A stretch of 64,000 bases of DNA from an uncultured Nitrososphaerota archaeon (GCA_963701075.1 OY969559.1:1376001-1440000); one strand, 5' to 3'. Numbered from the stretch's first letter, positions 1 through 10,750 are shown. Notes: a model not told the origin generated them from the letters alone. A program made the numbers and translations.

Positions 1-307
1 AATTCAGTTGTCAGTTGCTTTTACCAATATTTTGTTAAATGCAGTAGATGAAATAGGAGAAAATGAAGGAAAGATAACAATACGTGCTAGAAGTGAAAAA
101 AATAATCTGGTTATAGAGTTTGAGGATTCAGGAGATGGCATATCAAAAGAAAACATTAGCAAAATATTTGAGCCATTGTTTACCACCAAACAAAATGGAA
201 CAGGTCTTGGTCTTTCCAGCGTTCGTGCAATTATAGAATCTCACGGGGGATCCATATCTGTCAAATCACCTCCTACTGTTTTTACGATATTTCTTCCACA
301 AAACTAG
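1..307 (+). CDS. Sensor histidine kinase, C-terminal HATPase_c domain (5'-partial)
   Basis: N-box (FTNILLNA), G1 (DSGDGI), F-box (IFEPLFTTK), G2 (GTGLGL); frame is open to the window edge. Confidence 0.9.
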   Translation, partial: IQLSVAFTNILLNAVDEIGENEGKITIRARSEKNNLVIEFEDSGDGISKENISKIFEPLFTTKQNGTGLGLSSVRAIIESHGGSISVKSPPTVFTIFLPQN

Positions 308-328
308 AATCCTTGGTTTAAAAATTCA

Positions 329-401
329 TGGATCGGAAGGGATTTGAACCCCTGACCACCGCAGTGTGAGTGCGGTATCCTACCAGCTAGACCACCGATC
401 C
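329..401 (-). tRNA. tRNA-Val(CAC), intronless, no encoded CCA
   Basis: Reverse complement GGATCGGTGGTCTAGCTGGTAGGATACCGCACTCACACTGCGGTGGTCAGGGGTTCAAATCCCTTCCGATCCA folds as a cloverleaf; anticodon arm CCGCA-CTCACAC-TGCGG; T-loop TTCAAAT. Confidence 0.95.
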
Positions 402-526
402 AAGCCTTCTGGAAAGCATGTACCTATTTTGTCTTTGCACAAACTACAATCAAATCTAGAAAGATTCATTCCTATAGACTTTGTATGGCATAAGGTTTAA
501 TTCAACAACAGGATCAAGTGCAGAAC

Positions 527-2377
527 ATGCGTATATTGCAGCTTCACTGCGATTACATTGAGTTCACTCCAGTTAAAAAAGAAATCAAATCTGCAGAAGA
601 AATTGATCCACAATCAAAACATTTCGATGAGATAGTTGTAGCTTTTGTAGCAGTCGAAGAAGGAGATAATTCAGAAGTGGCAAAAAAAGCAATGAATGAA
701 ATTTCAGAGTCTATGAAAAAAGTCGGTTGTAACAAATTATTACTATACCCTTATGCACATTTGAGCTCAAAACTTGCATCTCCGAATGCCGCATTATCGG
801 TTCTAAAAGAAATGCAATCAAAGGGAGATGGTCTTGAAATCCACAGTGCACCGTTTGGGTGGACTAAATCATACAAACTCCAAGTAAAAGGGCACCCACT
901 TGCTGAAAATTCCAAAACCATATCAGCTGGGGAGGAAAAGGAATCTACTTCCGAGGCACTAAAGGCAGAATCCAAGATCCAATCATTTTGGCACATCATG
1001 ACACCCGATGGTAAAATGCATGATATTGACAAGTTTAATTTTGCAAAATATCCAAATTTGGAGGTTCTTGCAAAATACGAAGCTGCAAAGAAACGCTCAG
1101 TTGATGAACCTCCGCCTCACGTAAAACTAATGAAAAAATTAGCTATTGCAGATTACGAGCCTGCTTCCGACGCAGGTAACATGCGATTTTTTCCAAATGG
1201 CAGACTGATAAAATCACTCCTCGAGCGATATGTTACCGAACAGGTGATAGAATACGGAGGGTTTGAGGTAGAGACACCAATCATGTACGACTCACATCAT
1301 CCAAGCATGGAGAGTTATTTCAACAGATTCCCGGCAAGGCAGTACAACGTGCAGTCAGAAGGTAAGCAACTTTTCCTGAGATTTGCAGCATGTTTTGGGC
1401 AATTCCTTATGGCCAAGGATTTTCAAATGTCCTACAAGAATCTTCCTCTACGATTGTATGAGCTTACCCGTTATAGTTTCAGAAGAGAACAATCAGGAGA
1501 GTTGGTAGGACTACGAAGATTGAGGGCGTTTACTATGCCTGATTGTCACGCGATGTGCAAAGACATGGAACAATCAAAAGAAGAGTTTCGGAAAAGATTC
1601 GATTTGTCAAGACATGTAATCAGAGGCATTGGATTAGACGAGTCAGATTTTGAGATGGCAATAAGATTCACAGAAGAGTTCTACAATGAAAACAAGTCTT
1701 TCATTGAGGAGATTGTAAGCAAAATAGGTAAACCGGTGCTTGTAGAGATGTGGAAAGAGAGATTTTTCTATTTTGTTCTCAAATGGGAATTCAATTATGT
1801 TGATAGTTTAGGCAAAGCCTCTGCGCTATCAACGGACCAAATCGATATTGAAAATGGTAAGAGATACAATATAGAATTTATTGACGAGAACAACAAACCG
1901 CAAAATCCAATCATACTACACAATTCCCCAAGCGGAGCAATCGAACGAGTGATATATGTATTGCTTGAAAAAGCAGCAAAAGATCAAAAAGAAGGCCGAA
2001 AGCCAACACTGCCCTTATGGCTTGCACCGACACAGGTAAGAATAATCCCAATCAAACCTGAATTTCTAGACTATTGTGAAAAGTTAGCTGAAAAAATATC
2101 ACAGAATGACATTCGAGTTGATCTAGATGATAGAAACGAAAGTGTGGGCAAAAGTATCCGTGATGCAGAAACAGATTGGATACGCTACATCATTGTAATT
2201 GGAGAAAAAGAAGTAAACGCGGCCAAACTAAGTATCAGAGATAGAAAAACTAGCAGTGTAAAAGAGATGGCAGTGGACGAGATGGTCAAAGAGATCAAGG
2301 AGGAGACAAAGGATATGCCATTTTTGAAGATGAATATGAGCAGATATGTCTCAAAAAGACCACAAATAATGGTCTAG
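527..2377 (+). CDS. thrS: Threonine--tRNA ligase, archaeal type with N-terminal editing domain
   Basis: MRILQLHCD start, YPYAHLS and APFGW editing motifs, LRFAACFG, FRREQSGE, MPDCH, SGAIER; alternative GTG start at 518. Confidence 0.96.
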   Translation: MRILQLHCDYIEFTPVKKEIKSAEEIDPQSKHFDEIVVAFVAVEEGDNSEVAKKAMNEISESMKKVGCNKLLLYPYAHLSSKLASPNAALSVLKEMQSKGDGLEIHSAPFGWTKSYKLQVKGHPLAENSKTISAGEEKESTSEALKAESKIQSFWHIMTPDGKMHDIDKFNFAKYPNLEVLAKYEAAKKRSVDEPPPHVKLMKKLAIADYEPASDAGNMRFFPNGRLIKSLLERYVTEQVIEYGGFEVETPIMYDSHHPSMESYFNRFPARQYNVQSEGKQLFLRFAACFGQFLMAKDFQMSYKNLPLRLYELTRYSFRREQSGELVGLRRLRAFTMPDCHAMCKDMEQSKEEFRKRFDLSRHVIRGIGLDESDFEMAIRFTEEFYNENKSFIEEIVSKIGKPVLVEMWKERFFYFVLKWEFNYVDSLGKASALSTDQIDIENGKRYNIEFIDENNKPQNPIILHNSPSGAIERVIYVLLEKAAKDQKEGRKPTLPLWLAPTQVRIIPIKPEFLDYCEKLAEKISQNDIRVDLDDRNESVGKSIRDAETDWIRYIIVIGEKEVNAAKLSIRDRKTSSVKEMAVDEMVKEIKEETKDMPFLKMNMSRYVSKRPQIMV

Positions 2378-2424
2378 AGACCAGGGCACTAGCATTCCAT
2401 AATCTGTCAAACAAAGATTTTGAG

Positions 2425-3300
2425 TTATTTACGAGAAAGATTCATGGCTATTACTTCAGCCATCAATTTTGCTGCCACAGATGCCGTTGCTCCATTGTCA
2501 TATGTGGGACACAGTTCCACAATGTCCATACATCGGATCACGTTGTTTTCCATCGCATATACCATGTCAAACAACTCGCGAGATGTAATCCCCATTGCTT
2601 CTGGATTTCCAACTCCTGGGGCAAATGCAGGATCAAGCACATCTAAATCGATGCTGAGGTAAACTTTGTCAAATGTTGAGAGTGCATCTTTTACAAGTTT
2701 TGGGCCCTTACCGTCTCGGATATCTTTGTCAGTTATGGTTCTAACATTGTGTTCTGTTTTGAATGCAAGTTCTTCTTTGACAAAAGAACGAGCGCCTACA
2801 TGGATTATGTTATCAGCCCCTCTTTTCTCAATAATTCTTCGAAGATATGCCGCATGACTTAGTTTGATGTCAGCATATTCGTCTCTTAGGTCGTAGTGTG
2901 CGTCAAATACAATATACCCAGTATCTTTTGGAAAACTCATGTATGTGCCATAAGTGATAAGATGTTCGCCTCCCAAGATTATGATCTGCTTATTGCGCGA
3001 AACAAGCTCTGATGTGATCTTTCCTATCATGTCAAGTACTTCGGTTGCTACAACTGTGTGTTTTGTGTTACCAAGATCCTCGACATTTACAGATTCCAAA
3101 TCAACGTTAAACCTAGTTGAGAAGATCTCTATGTTATTGAATGCAAGTCTGATTGCATCAGGACCAAATCTAGTGCCTGGCCTAAACGAATGGGTTGAAT
3201 CAAATGGTATTCCATATACAATTGCAGAAACATCGCCCTCTTCGTTTGGACTAGTAATCAGTGGATTTCGGTTCATATACAGATCAGTGAAACTCAACAA
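2425..3300 (-). CDS. speB: Agmatinase (ureohydrolase family)
   Basis: GGEH, DAHYD and DLDVLDPAFAPG metal-binding motifs; GTRFGP. Confidence 0.9.
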   Translation of the reverse strand: MLSFTDLYMNRNPLITSPNEEGDVSAIVYGIPFDSTHSFRPGTRFGPDAIRLAFNNIEIFSTRFNVDLESVNVEDLGNTKHTVVATEVLDMIGKITSELVSRNKQIIILGGEHLITYGTYMSFPKDTGYIVFDAHYDLRDEYADIKLSHAAYLRRIIEKRGADNIIHVGARSFVKEELAFKTEHNVRTITDKDIRDGKGPKLVKDALSTFDKVYLSIDLDVLDPAFAPGVGNPEAMGITSRELFDMVYAMENNVIRCMDIVELCPTYDNGATASVAAKLMAEVIAMNLSRK

Positions 3301-3540
3301 AAACGCTCACGCTGCACCGCAGATATAATGTTATGGAAATCAAACCATGTTGTCATAAGTTGCATGGAATTCATTGTAATACTATAGAATAGGCGAGAAC
3401 GCCGTGACGGGGTTGAAAGAATAGGCAAAAAATAACCTATGCGTTCTCGTCATAATTTCATTGCCTGATACACTATTTATCGATAGATTAACTTGGTTAA
3501 CTTTGGTTGCAAGTCAAGATCATCGTACGATATGACAAAA

Positions 3541-3708
3541 CTAGTTTAGAATCAGCGTTCTGCCAAAAGCCCCACAGTCCATGTGAACCTGCTCTTCGCT
3601 AGCCTTGTTGCATGCCCTACATATCAGGAGGATTACCTCGTTGCATGTATCACAACGTTGAAATTCTTTCATATCTTCTCCACAAGTTCTACATGAATCT
3701 ATTCGCAT
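3541..3708 (-). CDS. Small Cys-rich zinc-finger protein, 55 aa (not in the ORF track)
   Basis: MRIDSCRTCGEDMKEFQRCDTCNEVILLICRACNKASEEQVHMDCGAFGRTLILN: three CxxC plus HxxC; TATA-like TTTATAAG about 25 nt upstream. Confidence 0.75.
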   Translation of the reverse strand: MRIDSCRTCGEDMKEFQRCDTCNEVILLICRACNKASEEQVHMDCGAFGRTLILN

Positions 3709-3817
3709 ATATACAAAATTTACAAATTCGACTTATAAATTGTATTAATATTAGTCTTGACTAACTAAGTGAAAAAAATACGCACTTGATAAAGAAAATA
3801 GATAGAACGACAAGATC

Positions 3818-5224
3818 TTAGGATGCCAGTTTCTTTCGTATTATCTCAAGTGTGGTACTAGGATCTGCTTTGCCCTTGGTCTTTCGCATGACTTTTCCTA
3901 CGATATAATTTACCGTATCAGGATTCTGCTTTGCTTCCAATACTGCCTTTTCCTCTTCTTTGAATACCTCATCTATTATTTTTTCAAGAGATGATGCATC
4001 ACTTACATTACCAAGGTCTAGACTAGAAACTATCTCGGACAGAGACTTGCCAGTCTTTACCATCTCTTGCAGCGCGATCTTGCCTGAATTTCGCGTTATC
4101 GTGTTATTTAGAATTGCGTCTGCCAAGTCAGAGATGTGCTTTGGCATTATCTTCAGTTCCAGCTTCTTTTCCCTAGTATCTGCAAAACCCATGATGTCAG
4201 TGGTGATTATATTTGCAACTTCCTTTGCGTTGGTATCGGTATGTGCCTTTTCAAATAAATCTGAGTAAAACTTGTCTGATGACAATACATCTCCAACCTG
4301 AGACGGAATGCCGTATTTTTTGACATATCGTTCCTTTTTAGCAACAATACTTTCCGGCATCTGTGCTTTAAGAGTCTCAATTTTGTTTTGAGCAATACGA
4401 ATAATTGGAATGTCTGCTTCAGGCAAGTATCTATAATCTTGTTCTTCTTCTTTTGACCTTGATGAGACTGTGATCTTTCTTGCTTCATCCCAGTGCCGGG
4501 TCTCTGCTGCAACTGGTATATTTCTTTCAACTAGGCTTTGTTGCCGTGTGATCTCAAAATGCAATGCCTTTTCAATATCACGAAAAGATCCAACATTTTT
4601 TATCTCAACTCTGTTTGCTTTTTCAACCGATATGTTGCCATCAACTCTCATGGCACCTTCAAGATATGGGTCAGATACACCGAGGTTCTCAACCAAGTCT
4701 GCAAGGACGTTTAGGAATATACGAACTTGCCTTGGATTTTCAAAATCAGGTTCTGTCACTATTTCAACTAGTGGAGCCCCTGCTCTATTGTAATCAACAA
4801 GGGTAATCTGTGTTTTTTCAGAGCTTCCTTCATACACTAGCCTGCCAGGGTCTTCCTCAAGCTGGATTCTTCTTATCTTGATTTCTTTTCCTTCTATCTG
4901 GACTGTTCCGTCTGAGCCTATGCTGGTTGGACCATATGCATTGTATTGAGTGACCTGAAAACCCTTTGGCAAATCGGGGTAAAAGTAATTCTTTCTAAAA
5001 AAACTGATTCGTTCTGGAATCTGGCAACCAAGGGCAAGTGATATCACAGTAGCTTTCTCTACTGCCTTTTTGTTGAGTATGGGCAATGCGCCTGGAAGAC
5101 CAATACAGACAGGACAGATGTTTGAATTTGTCGGAATACTTCTATAATCAGCTTTGCAACTACAGAATAGTTTACTCTCTAGCTTTGTTAATTGACAGTG
5201 AATCTCAAGTCCTATCTTTGTCAT
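3818..5224 (-). CDS. gatB: Asp/Glu-tRNA amidotransferase subunit B
   Basis: IGLEIHCQL, RKNYFYPDLPKGFQ, LEEDPG, DYNRAG, DYRYLPE. Confidence 0.97.
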   Translation of the reverse strand: MTKIGLEIHCQLTKLESKLFCSCKADYRSIPTNSNICPVCIGLPGALPILNKKAVEKATVISLALGCQIPERISFFRKNYFYPDLPKGFQVTQYNAYGPTSIGSDGTVQIEGKEIKIRRIQLEEDPGRLVYEGSSEKTQITLVDYNRAGAPLVEIVTEPDFENPRQVRIFLNVLADLVENLGVSDPYLEGAMRVDGNISVEKANRVEIKNVGSFRDIEKALHFEITRQQSLVERNIPVAAETRHWDEARKITVSSRSKEEEQDYRYLPEADIPIIRIAQNKIETLKAQMPESIVAKKERYVKKYGIPSQVGDVLSSDKFYSDLFEKAHTDTNAKEVANIITTDIMGFADTREKKLELKIMPKHISDLADAILNNTITRNSGKIALQEMVKTGKSLSEIVSSLDLGNVSDASSLEKIIDEVFKEEEKAVLEAKQNPDTVNYIVGKVMRKTKGKADPSTTLEIIRKKLAS

Positions 5225-6672
5225 AGCGGTACCCCTGAAAGATGAGTTGTCTGTTGCAGTGCATATGCAGTTTGTAACAAACTCTTTTCTTGAAATGAGT
5301 TTGCAAAAATCTGTATGCCGATTGGCAGACCCAAGTTGGATATTGAAAATGGAACTGAGATGGCAGGAATTCCAGTCAGGTTAGCTGTAATGGTGTTGAT
5401 GTCAAGCTGATACAATGTTAGTGGATCGTCTATTTTCTCGCCAATCTTGAAAGGCAGTATTGGCATTGTCGGTGCAACAAGAAAGTCTACTTTTTTGAAT
5501 ACCTCGTCAATCTGGAATTTCATCATTGCTCTCACCTTTTGTGCTTTCAAATAGTACTTGCCATAGTATCCTGCAGACAGCACGAATGCTCCAAGTAGCA
5601 TTCTGCGGGTTACTTCAGGTCCAAAGCTACTCCTTACTTTAGACACATATGCCTTGAATTCATAACCTTCAGTGCCAAGATCAAATCCGTATCTTATGTT
5701 ATCATATCTTGCAAGATTACTGCTTGCCTCTGCAGAAGCAATTGTATAATATGCAGCTACAGAGTGCTCTATAGAATCAAGCGATATTGTAATGCATTCG
5801 GCTCCAAGGTCTTGTAACTTTGAGATTGCATTGTTTGTTGCAGTAGACACCTCTTTGTCTACTCCATCTCCGGTCATCTGTTGTACTAGACCTATTTTCT
5901 TTCCCTTTATTCCAGCATCCAAGTCTTTAGCATAGTCTACACTACCTTTTTCCACAGTTGTATCATCATGGGAATCATGGCCTGCAATGACGTTCATGAC
6001 AAGGGCAATGTCTTCGACCTTTCTTGCAATGGGACCAATCTGTTCTATGCTGTTGGCATAAGAAACAAGTCCGTATCTACTTACAAGACCATAGGTTGGT
6101 TTCAATCCAACTACAGAACAAAAGCTTGCAGGGCTTCGAACCGAGCCGCCAGTATCAGAACCAAGTGATATCATGCATTCAAGAGCACTTACGGATACGC
6201 CGCTCCCGCCAGATGATCCACCAGGCACATATTTGATATTCCACGGATTTCTACTAGGACCAAAATAGCTAAATTCGGTAGTAGAGCCCATTGCAAATTC
6301 GTCAAGGTTTACCTTACCCAGTATTATAGCATCTTCGTGTTTGAGCCTAGATACAACAGTGGCATCATACGGTGCAACAAAGTTTTCTAGCACTTTGGAA
6401 GCACAGGTGGTTCTAATTCCAGAGGTACAAATGTTATCTTTTATAGACATAGGCATGCCAAGAAACAGGCCGGTTTTTTCCTTTGCCTTTATCTTTTTGT
6501 CAACCGACCTTGCCTGGTTTAAAGCATTTTGCTCATCAATTGTAATGTAGGCATGTACCTTGTCTTCAACAACGTGAATTCGGTCTAGTGTCTTTGCAAT
6601 AAACTCTTCAACAGAAACATCTCCGTTACGTACCAGTGACAAGTACTCTGTTGTAGATATTCCAAGATCCAT
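5221..6672 (-). CDS. gatA: Asp/Glu-tRNA amidotransferase subunit A
   Basis: Amidase signature GGSSGGS, GSDTGGSVR, SSNLARYD; overlaps gatB. Confidence 0.97.
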   Translation of the reverse strand: MDLGISTTEYLSLVRNGDVSVEEFIAKTLDRIHVVEDKVHAYITIDEQNALNQARSVDKKIKAKEKTGLFLGMPMSIKDNICTSGIRTTCASKVLENFVAPYDATVVSRLKHEDAIILGKVNLDEFAMGSTTEFSYFGPSRNPWNIKYVPGGSSGGSGVSVSALECMISLGSDTGGSVRSPASFCSVVGLKPTYGLVSRYGLVSYANSIEQIGPIARKVEDIALVMNVIAGHDSHDDTTVEKGSVDYAKDLDAGIKGKKIGLVQQMTGDGVDKEVSTATNNAISKLQDLGAECITISLDSIEHSVAAYYTIASAEASSNLARYDNIRYGFDLGTEGYEFKAYVSKVRSSFGPEVTRRMLLGAFVLSAGYYGKYYLKAQKVRAMMKFQIDEVFKKVDFLVAPTMPILPFKIGEKIDDPLTLYQLDINTITANLTGIPAISVPFSISNLGLPIGIQIFANSFQEKSLLQTAYALQQTTHLSGVPL

Positions 6673-6948
6673 TTAGATCATCTTTGGAGCGCGTACAAAA
6701 TTATTTTGATCTCTCTTTAATTTATTGATGAGTAACACACCATCAGTCAGAAATGGTTCGTGTATATCTTCGCGGAGATCCTCATATTGCATCTCTTTTC
6801 GCAATGTTGCATCAGAGGCATATTCTACTTTGTCTAGATTATTAAAATAGTTTAGAATCTGATCTACTTGAGTGATATATTTTTCTGTGTCTTGCAACTC
6901 GACTTTTACTAAATCCCCCAGATGCTCAATTTCTTTTCTGTCTACCAT
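6673..6948 (-). CDS. gatC: Asp/Glu-tRNA amidotransferase subunit C
   Basis: 91 aa, LRED and FVRAPKM motifs, lies between aspS and gatA. Confidence 0.88.
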   Translation of the reverse strand: MVDRKEIEHLGDLVKVELQDTEKYITQVDQILNYFNNLDKVEYASDATLRKEMQYEDLREDIHEPFLTDGVLLINKLKRDQNNFVRAPKMI

Positions 6949-6957
6949 TTCAATCCA

Positions 6958-8268
6958 CTACGGCGTAAGTCTATCAACGTCTCTTGGATAAAATGTCGTG
7001 TCCCTTATGTTTTCCGTACCTGTTAGTGCCATCATTAATCTCTCTAGTCCTATTCCACATCCGGCGTGTGGAGGAACACCATAATCGAAGACTCTGAGAT
7101 GATAATCAAATGTGTCAAGCTTGAATCCCTTGTTCTTCATCCTTTCTTCAAGTTCATCCCTTTTCTCAATTCTTGTACTTCCAGATGATAATTCAAGATC
7201 TCCAAACATTAGATCAAATGACTCGGAAACTTTTGGGTTATCCTTTTTTGCCTTGACATAAAATGGCTTGGGGGCAAGTGGCCAATCTTTGATAAAGTAA
7301 AATCCAGTAACGTTTATCTTTTTTAGTTGCGATGGATAAAGATCATCACCCCATTCTATTTTTACTCCTGCATTTTTCATTTTATCGACTAGTTCAGAGT
7401 AGGAATACTGAGGTATGACATTAGGAACCTCGGGTATCTGATATTCAAGTCCTTGAAGCGTTTTTGCATAATCTTTTACTGTATTAATTGATTTTGTAAT
7501 GATGTTTTCAATATGCTTCATTATATCATTATAGTCCACAAATGCCTCTTCAAGGTCTATTGAGATTGCCTCTGACAGGTGTCTGTTAGTTCTAGATGGT
7601 TCTGCTCTAAAGATTGGTGCGATCTCAAATACTTTTTCAAAGCTCAATGTTAGCTGTTCTTTGTAAAGCTGTGGGCTCTGGGCAAGAAATGCTTCCTTGT
7701 TGTAATAAAATATGGGAAAAAGCGCTGCCCCTCCCTCGGTAGCTGTGGCAATCATTTTTGGGGTATTTATTTCAAGGAATTTTTTTTCGTAAAGATATTC
7801 CCGGATAGATTTGAGAACAAGGTTCCTCATCTTGAACACGTGTTGCAGAACACTTCGTCGCAAGTCTATTGCACGTATCTCAAGTCTTGTATCAATATTT
7901 GCAACAGTTTTGGTCTGCCAAGTAAATGGTGCAATCTTTTCAACACTGGAAAAAATCTTCATTTCAGAAGGAATTATTTCAGCTCCATGTGGTGCTTTGT
8001 TTGATGGTTTTATTGTTCCCTTGATTGCGATTGTAGATTGCTCTTTTATTTTTACAAGTGCGTCTCTTATCTCTTCTGGACATGCACCGGCCTTTGCCGT
8101 AATTTGCATCTCTCCTTCGCTATCATTTAGCATAACAAATATCAGATTTCCATGGTCTCGTACACTTGAGACCCACCCCATGACTGTTACATCTTTCCCA
8201 TCAAGAGATGGATCAATATCATTAGAGTAAACAGTTCTTCGCCAATCTCCCAGTTCTGTATCTATCAT
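6958..8268 (-). CDS. aspS: Aspartate--tRNA(Asp/Asn) ligase, probably non-discriminating
   Basis: LAQSPQLYKE, FRAE, PPHAGCGIGLERL; Pro in the anticodon-domain L1 loop (KAPHG); operon with gatCAB; start placed at MIDTELG. Confidence 0.93.
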   Translation of the reverse strand: MIDTELGDWRRTVYSNDIDPSLDGKDVTVMGWVSSVRDHGNLIFVMLNDSEGEMQITAKAGACPEEIRDALVKIKEQSTIAIKGTIKPSNKAPHGAEIIPSEMKIFSSVEKIAPFTWQTKTVANIDTRLEIRAIDLRRSVLQHVFKMRNLVLKSIREYLYEKKFLEINTPKMIATATEGGAALFPIFYYNKEAFLAQSPQLYKEQLTLSFEKVFEIAPIFRAEPSRTNRHLSEAISIDLEEAFVDYNDIMKHIENIITKSINTVKDYAKTLQGLEYQIPEVPNVIPQYSYSELVDKMKNAGVKIEWGDDLYPSQLKKINVTGFYFIKDWPLAPKPFYVKAKKDNPKVSESFDLMFGDLELSSGSTRIEKRDELEERMKNKGFKLDTFDYHLRVFDYGVPPHAGCGIGLERLMMALTGTENIRDTTFYPRDVDRLTP

Positions 8269-8758
8269 CCTTTTCATCAGATGTGCTCTCATTAGTGTTA
8301 ATTTATGTATCGTACATGAGAAATTTCCAAGTTTCATTAAATTTTATAAAATACACAAAAAAACGAACAAAATCAGACTGATCCTATTATCAGGGTTTTA
8401 ATCAAAATTGAAATGTGCGGGTATTTTTACATCATGAATGCGTATCATCTATATCACAATATGTCAATATATACAAATTTTCATAAAATTTCAAATAAAT
8501 GATACAATTATTTCCATAAAAAGGGTAAATTCACCAAAAAGTTATAATACATAGTATTATTCACCATATATGGATAATATGCATTTGTTTTTGGCACGTG
8601 TACGATACCTGTTTGGTTCAAGGGGTTGGGAGTCAATTGTTATCTGAAAACCAATCCAGCAAAAAGCAGAGCAGTTTTAGAATCAATTCATGGTTTTCAT
8701 TACTTACTTTTTTAATAAAATCTAGAACCATAGCGTATGATTTCGGGGTTGCTAAATA

Positions 8759-9706
8759 ATGACAGTACAGCCCGACATAGAAATTGACAAAGAACAAAAA
8801 ATACGCGGTTTTACAGATCATGCTAAAAAAGATCTTTGGCTAACCTCAAAAAAGAAAATTCACTCATTGTTCTTACTTCTAAAGTATCGAATTAGAATCG
8901 GTTTTGTGTTTACTACCAGTACAATTACAGGATTGCTTATTGCAACTAACTTTCATCCTCAATTAGTTCAACTTTTTACGGTACCTTTGATAACTTTGTT
9001 TGCAACTTTGGCAGTATATTGGATGAATGATATAACAGATATTAAGCTTGATAAGATCAATGCAGCCAACAGACCTCTTGCTGGAGGCATGGTTAAGAAG
9101 TCTGAAGCAATAGTTTTTCTTACTTTACTATCACTGACGGCACTCGGATTAGCTTATTCCGTTAACAATATCACTCTATTATTCGCCGCCGTTTATCTGA
9201 TAATAGGAATATTATATTCATCACCAAGGATAGCGTTGAAAGATAGATTTGTTCTCAAAACTCTCTCCATTGCAATTGGCGGTTTTACTACTACGTTGAT
9301 AGGAGCTAGTATTAATGGAACACTCGATGGAAAAGATTTTGTTTCTGCAATATCATTCATGATGTTACTTTTTGTAACATCCCCCATAAATGATCTAGGA
9401 GATTATATAGGCGACAAAGAATGTGGTAGAAGAACCATACCAATAGTAATTGGTAAGAAAAAAACAATTTTCATATCTATTGCAATACCATTTTTTATGA
9501 TGATGACTTTTTGGTTTTTCTATCCTAGCTTAGGATTTAGTGTAAAAGCTCCAATTGCTATGACAGTACTAGCAATTACATCATTCTTAGTATTCCGACC
9601 CATGCTTTCGCATCTAAATGATTACAAATACATCAAGTCCAGACACAAAAAATCATTATTACTATACTACGGATTACAAGCATCTTTGCTTATCGGAGCC
9701 CTCTGA
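8759..9706 (+). CDS. UbiA-family membrane prenyltransferase (DGGGP synthase-like)
   Basis: NDITDIKLDKINAANRPL and NDLGDYIGD aspartate-rich motifs, YS..P, multiple transmembrane segments. Confidence 0.85.
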   Translation: MTVQPDIEIDKEQKIRGFTDHAKKDLWLTSKKKIHSLFLLLKYRIRIGFVFTTSTITGLLIATNFHPQLVQLFTVPLITLFATLAVYWMNDITDIKLDKINAANRPLAGGMVKKSEAIVFLTLLSLTALGLAYSVNNITLLFAAVYLIIGILYSSPRIALKDRFVLKTLSIAIGGFTTTLIGASINGTLDGKDFVSAISFMMLLFVTSPINDLGDYIGDKECGRRTIPIVIGKKKTIFISIAIPFFMMMTFWFFYPSLGFSVKAPIAMTVLAITSFLVFRPMLSHLNDYKYIKSRHKKSLLLYYGLQASLLIGAL

Positions 9707-9778
9707 GAAAAATACTTTCTAATTCTTAGTTTTTGGGGGTTTTTATTTATTCGTAAAATTCCTACAATTTACAAATAA

Positions 9779-10750
9779 TTACTGAACGCGCTGGACTTTT
9801 GGCGGTGTAGCTGAGGCGCTTATCCACATTTTATCAAATTCATCTTTTAGTTGGGTCGAGAGTTTTTCACCTATTCCGAATAGTGCCATTTTGAATTTCT
9901 CGGGTTCACAATTATTTATGATTTCTAATCCTACATATTTACCATCAATTATGAGCATACAATATGGTACCTTCAGATATTTTCGGTCTATTTTTGAAGG
10001 ATAGAAAGGATTTGCCACGACGTTAATTCGTTCTTTTTTGTTTTTGTCATCAATTTTCATCTTATCTTTCTCAGATTCAAAATAATCTGCAACTAAGTTT
10101 ATGTCAGAGATAACTTTGGTGTGAATACCCATTGCAGTTTTTTTCAATATTGCGTTAATAATACGTTCATCTTGAAATCTACTTGCCAAGAGTATCCCAG
10201 TTTCTGCAAAGTCAACTAGCTCTAAAACTTTTCTTACCATAGAATCATAAGTAGACGTTAACTCAAAGCGATTTTTAACTACATCAAGATTTTCATATAT
10301 GTTTGATTCAGGATTTATTTTTGAAACAAAATTAGAAATTTCTTCAGGTTTAAATTTTGAAGTTCGCTTCAAGAGATCAATCATTTCCAGTTCTTTTGAA
10401 ATCTTCATATTGTTTAAAAGACCAACAACGTGTTTTTCGTAAACGAGGTTTCCTAGGGCAGTATGCTCATACTTATTTTCACGTTTGCCCAATAATCCAA
10501 ATTCCACCAGTTGTTTCAGTCTTGTATAATATTGCTTCTTTGTTAATCCTATTTTTTGAGGGGTATCAAGTTCTGATGCCAATCCATTCTTTGCGGTCAA
10601 AAAAATGGTTAACGCGTCTTCTTTAGAAAGAATCGATAGAACATTAACTAGATTAGTTGCAAGCTTAGGATCTTTTTCAACATGCAAAAGTTTACCCAAA
10701 TCAAAAGAATCTTCATGTGATTTAGCGTATGATGACTCTTGCTTCACCAT
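9779..10750 (-). CDS. Putative transcriptional regulator: N-terminal winged HTH plus C-terminal TrmB/PLD-like domain
   Basis: GLTKKQYYTRLKQLVEFGLL...YEHTALG; C-terminal MLIIDGK...FDKMW pattern. Confidence 0.65.
   Translation of the reverse strand: MVKQESSYAKSHEDSFDLGKLLHVEKDPKLATNLVNVLSILSKEDALTIFLTAKNGLASELDTPQKIGLTKKQYYTRLKQLVEFGLLGKRENKYEHTALGNLVYEKHVVGLLNNMKISKELEMIDLLKRTSKFKPEEISNFVSKINPESNIYENLDVVKNRFELTSTYDSMVRKVLELVDFAETGILLASRFQDERIINAILKKTAMGIHTKVISDINLVADYFESEKDKMKIDDKNKKERINVVANPFYPSKIDRKYLKVPYCMLIIDGKYVGLEIINNCEPEKFKMALFGIGEKLSTQLKDEFDKMWISASATPPKVQRVQ

Noticed and set aside
1-401. tRNA-Val 3' end as an integration site for an island
   Set aside because: No integrase or duplicated tRNA end is visible in the window, so it cannot be assessed here.
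8340-8750. Long AT-rich spacer as a replication origin
   Set aside because: No repeated ORB-like boxes were recognised and there is no adjacent cdc6/orc1 gene.
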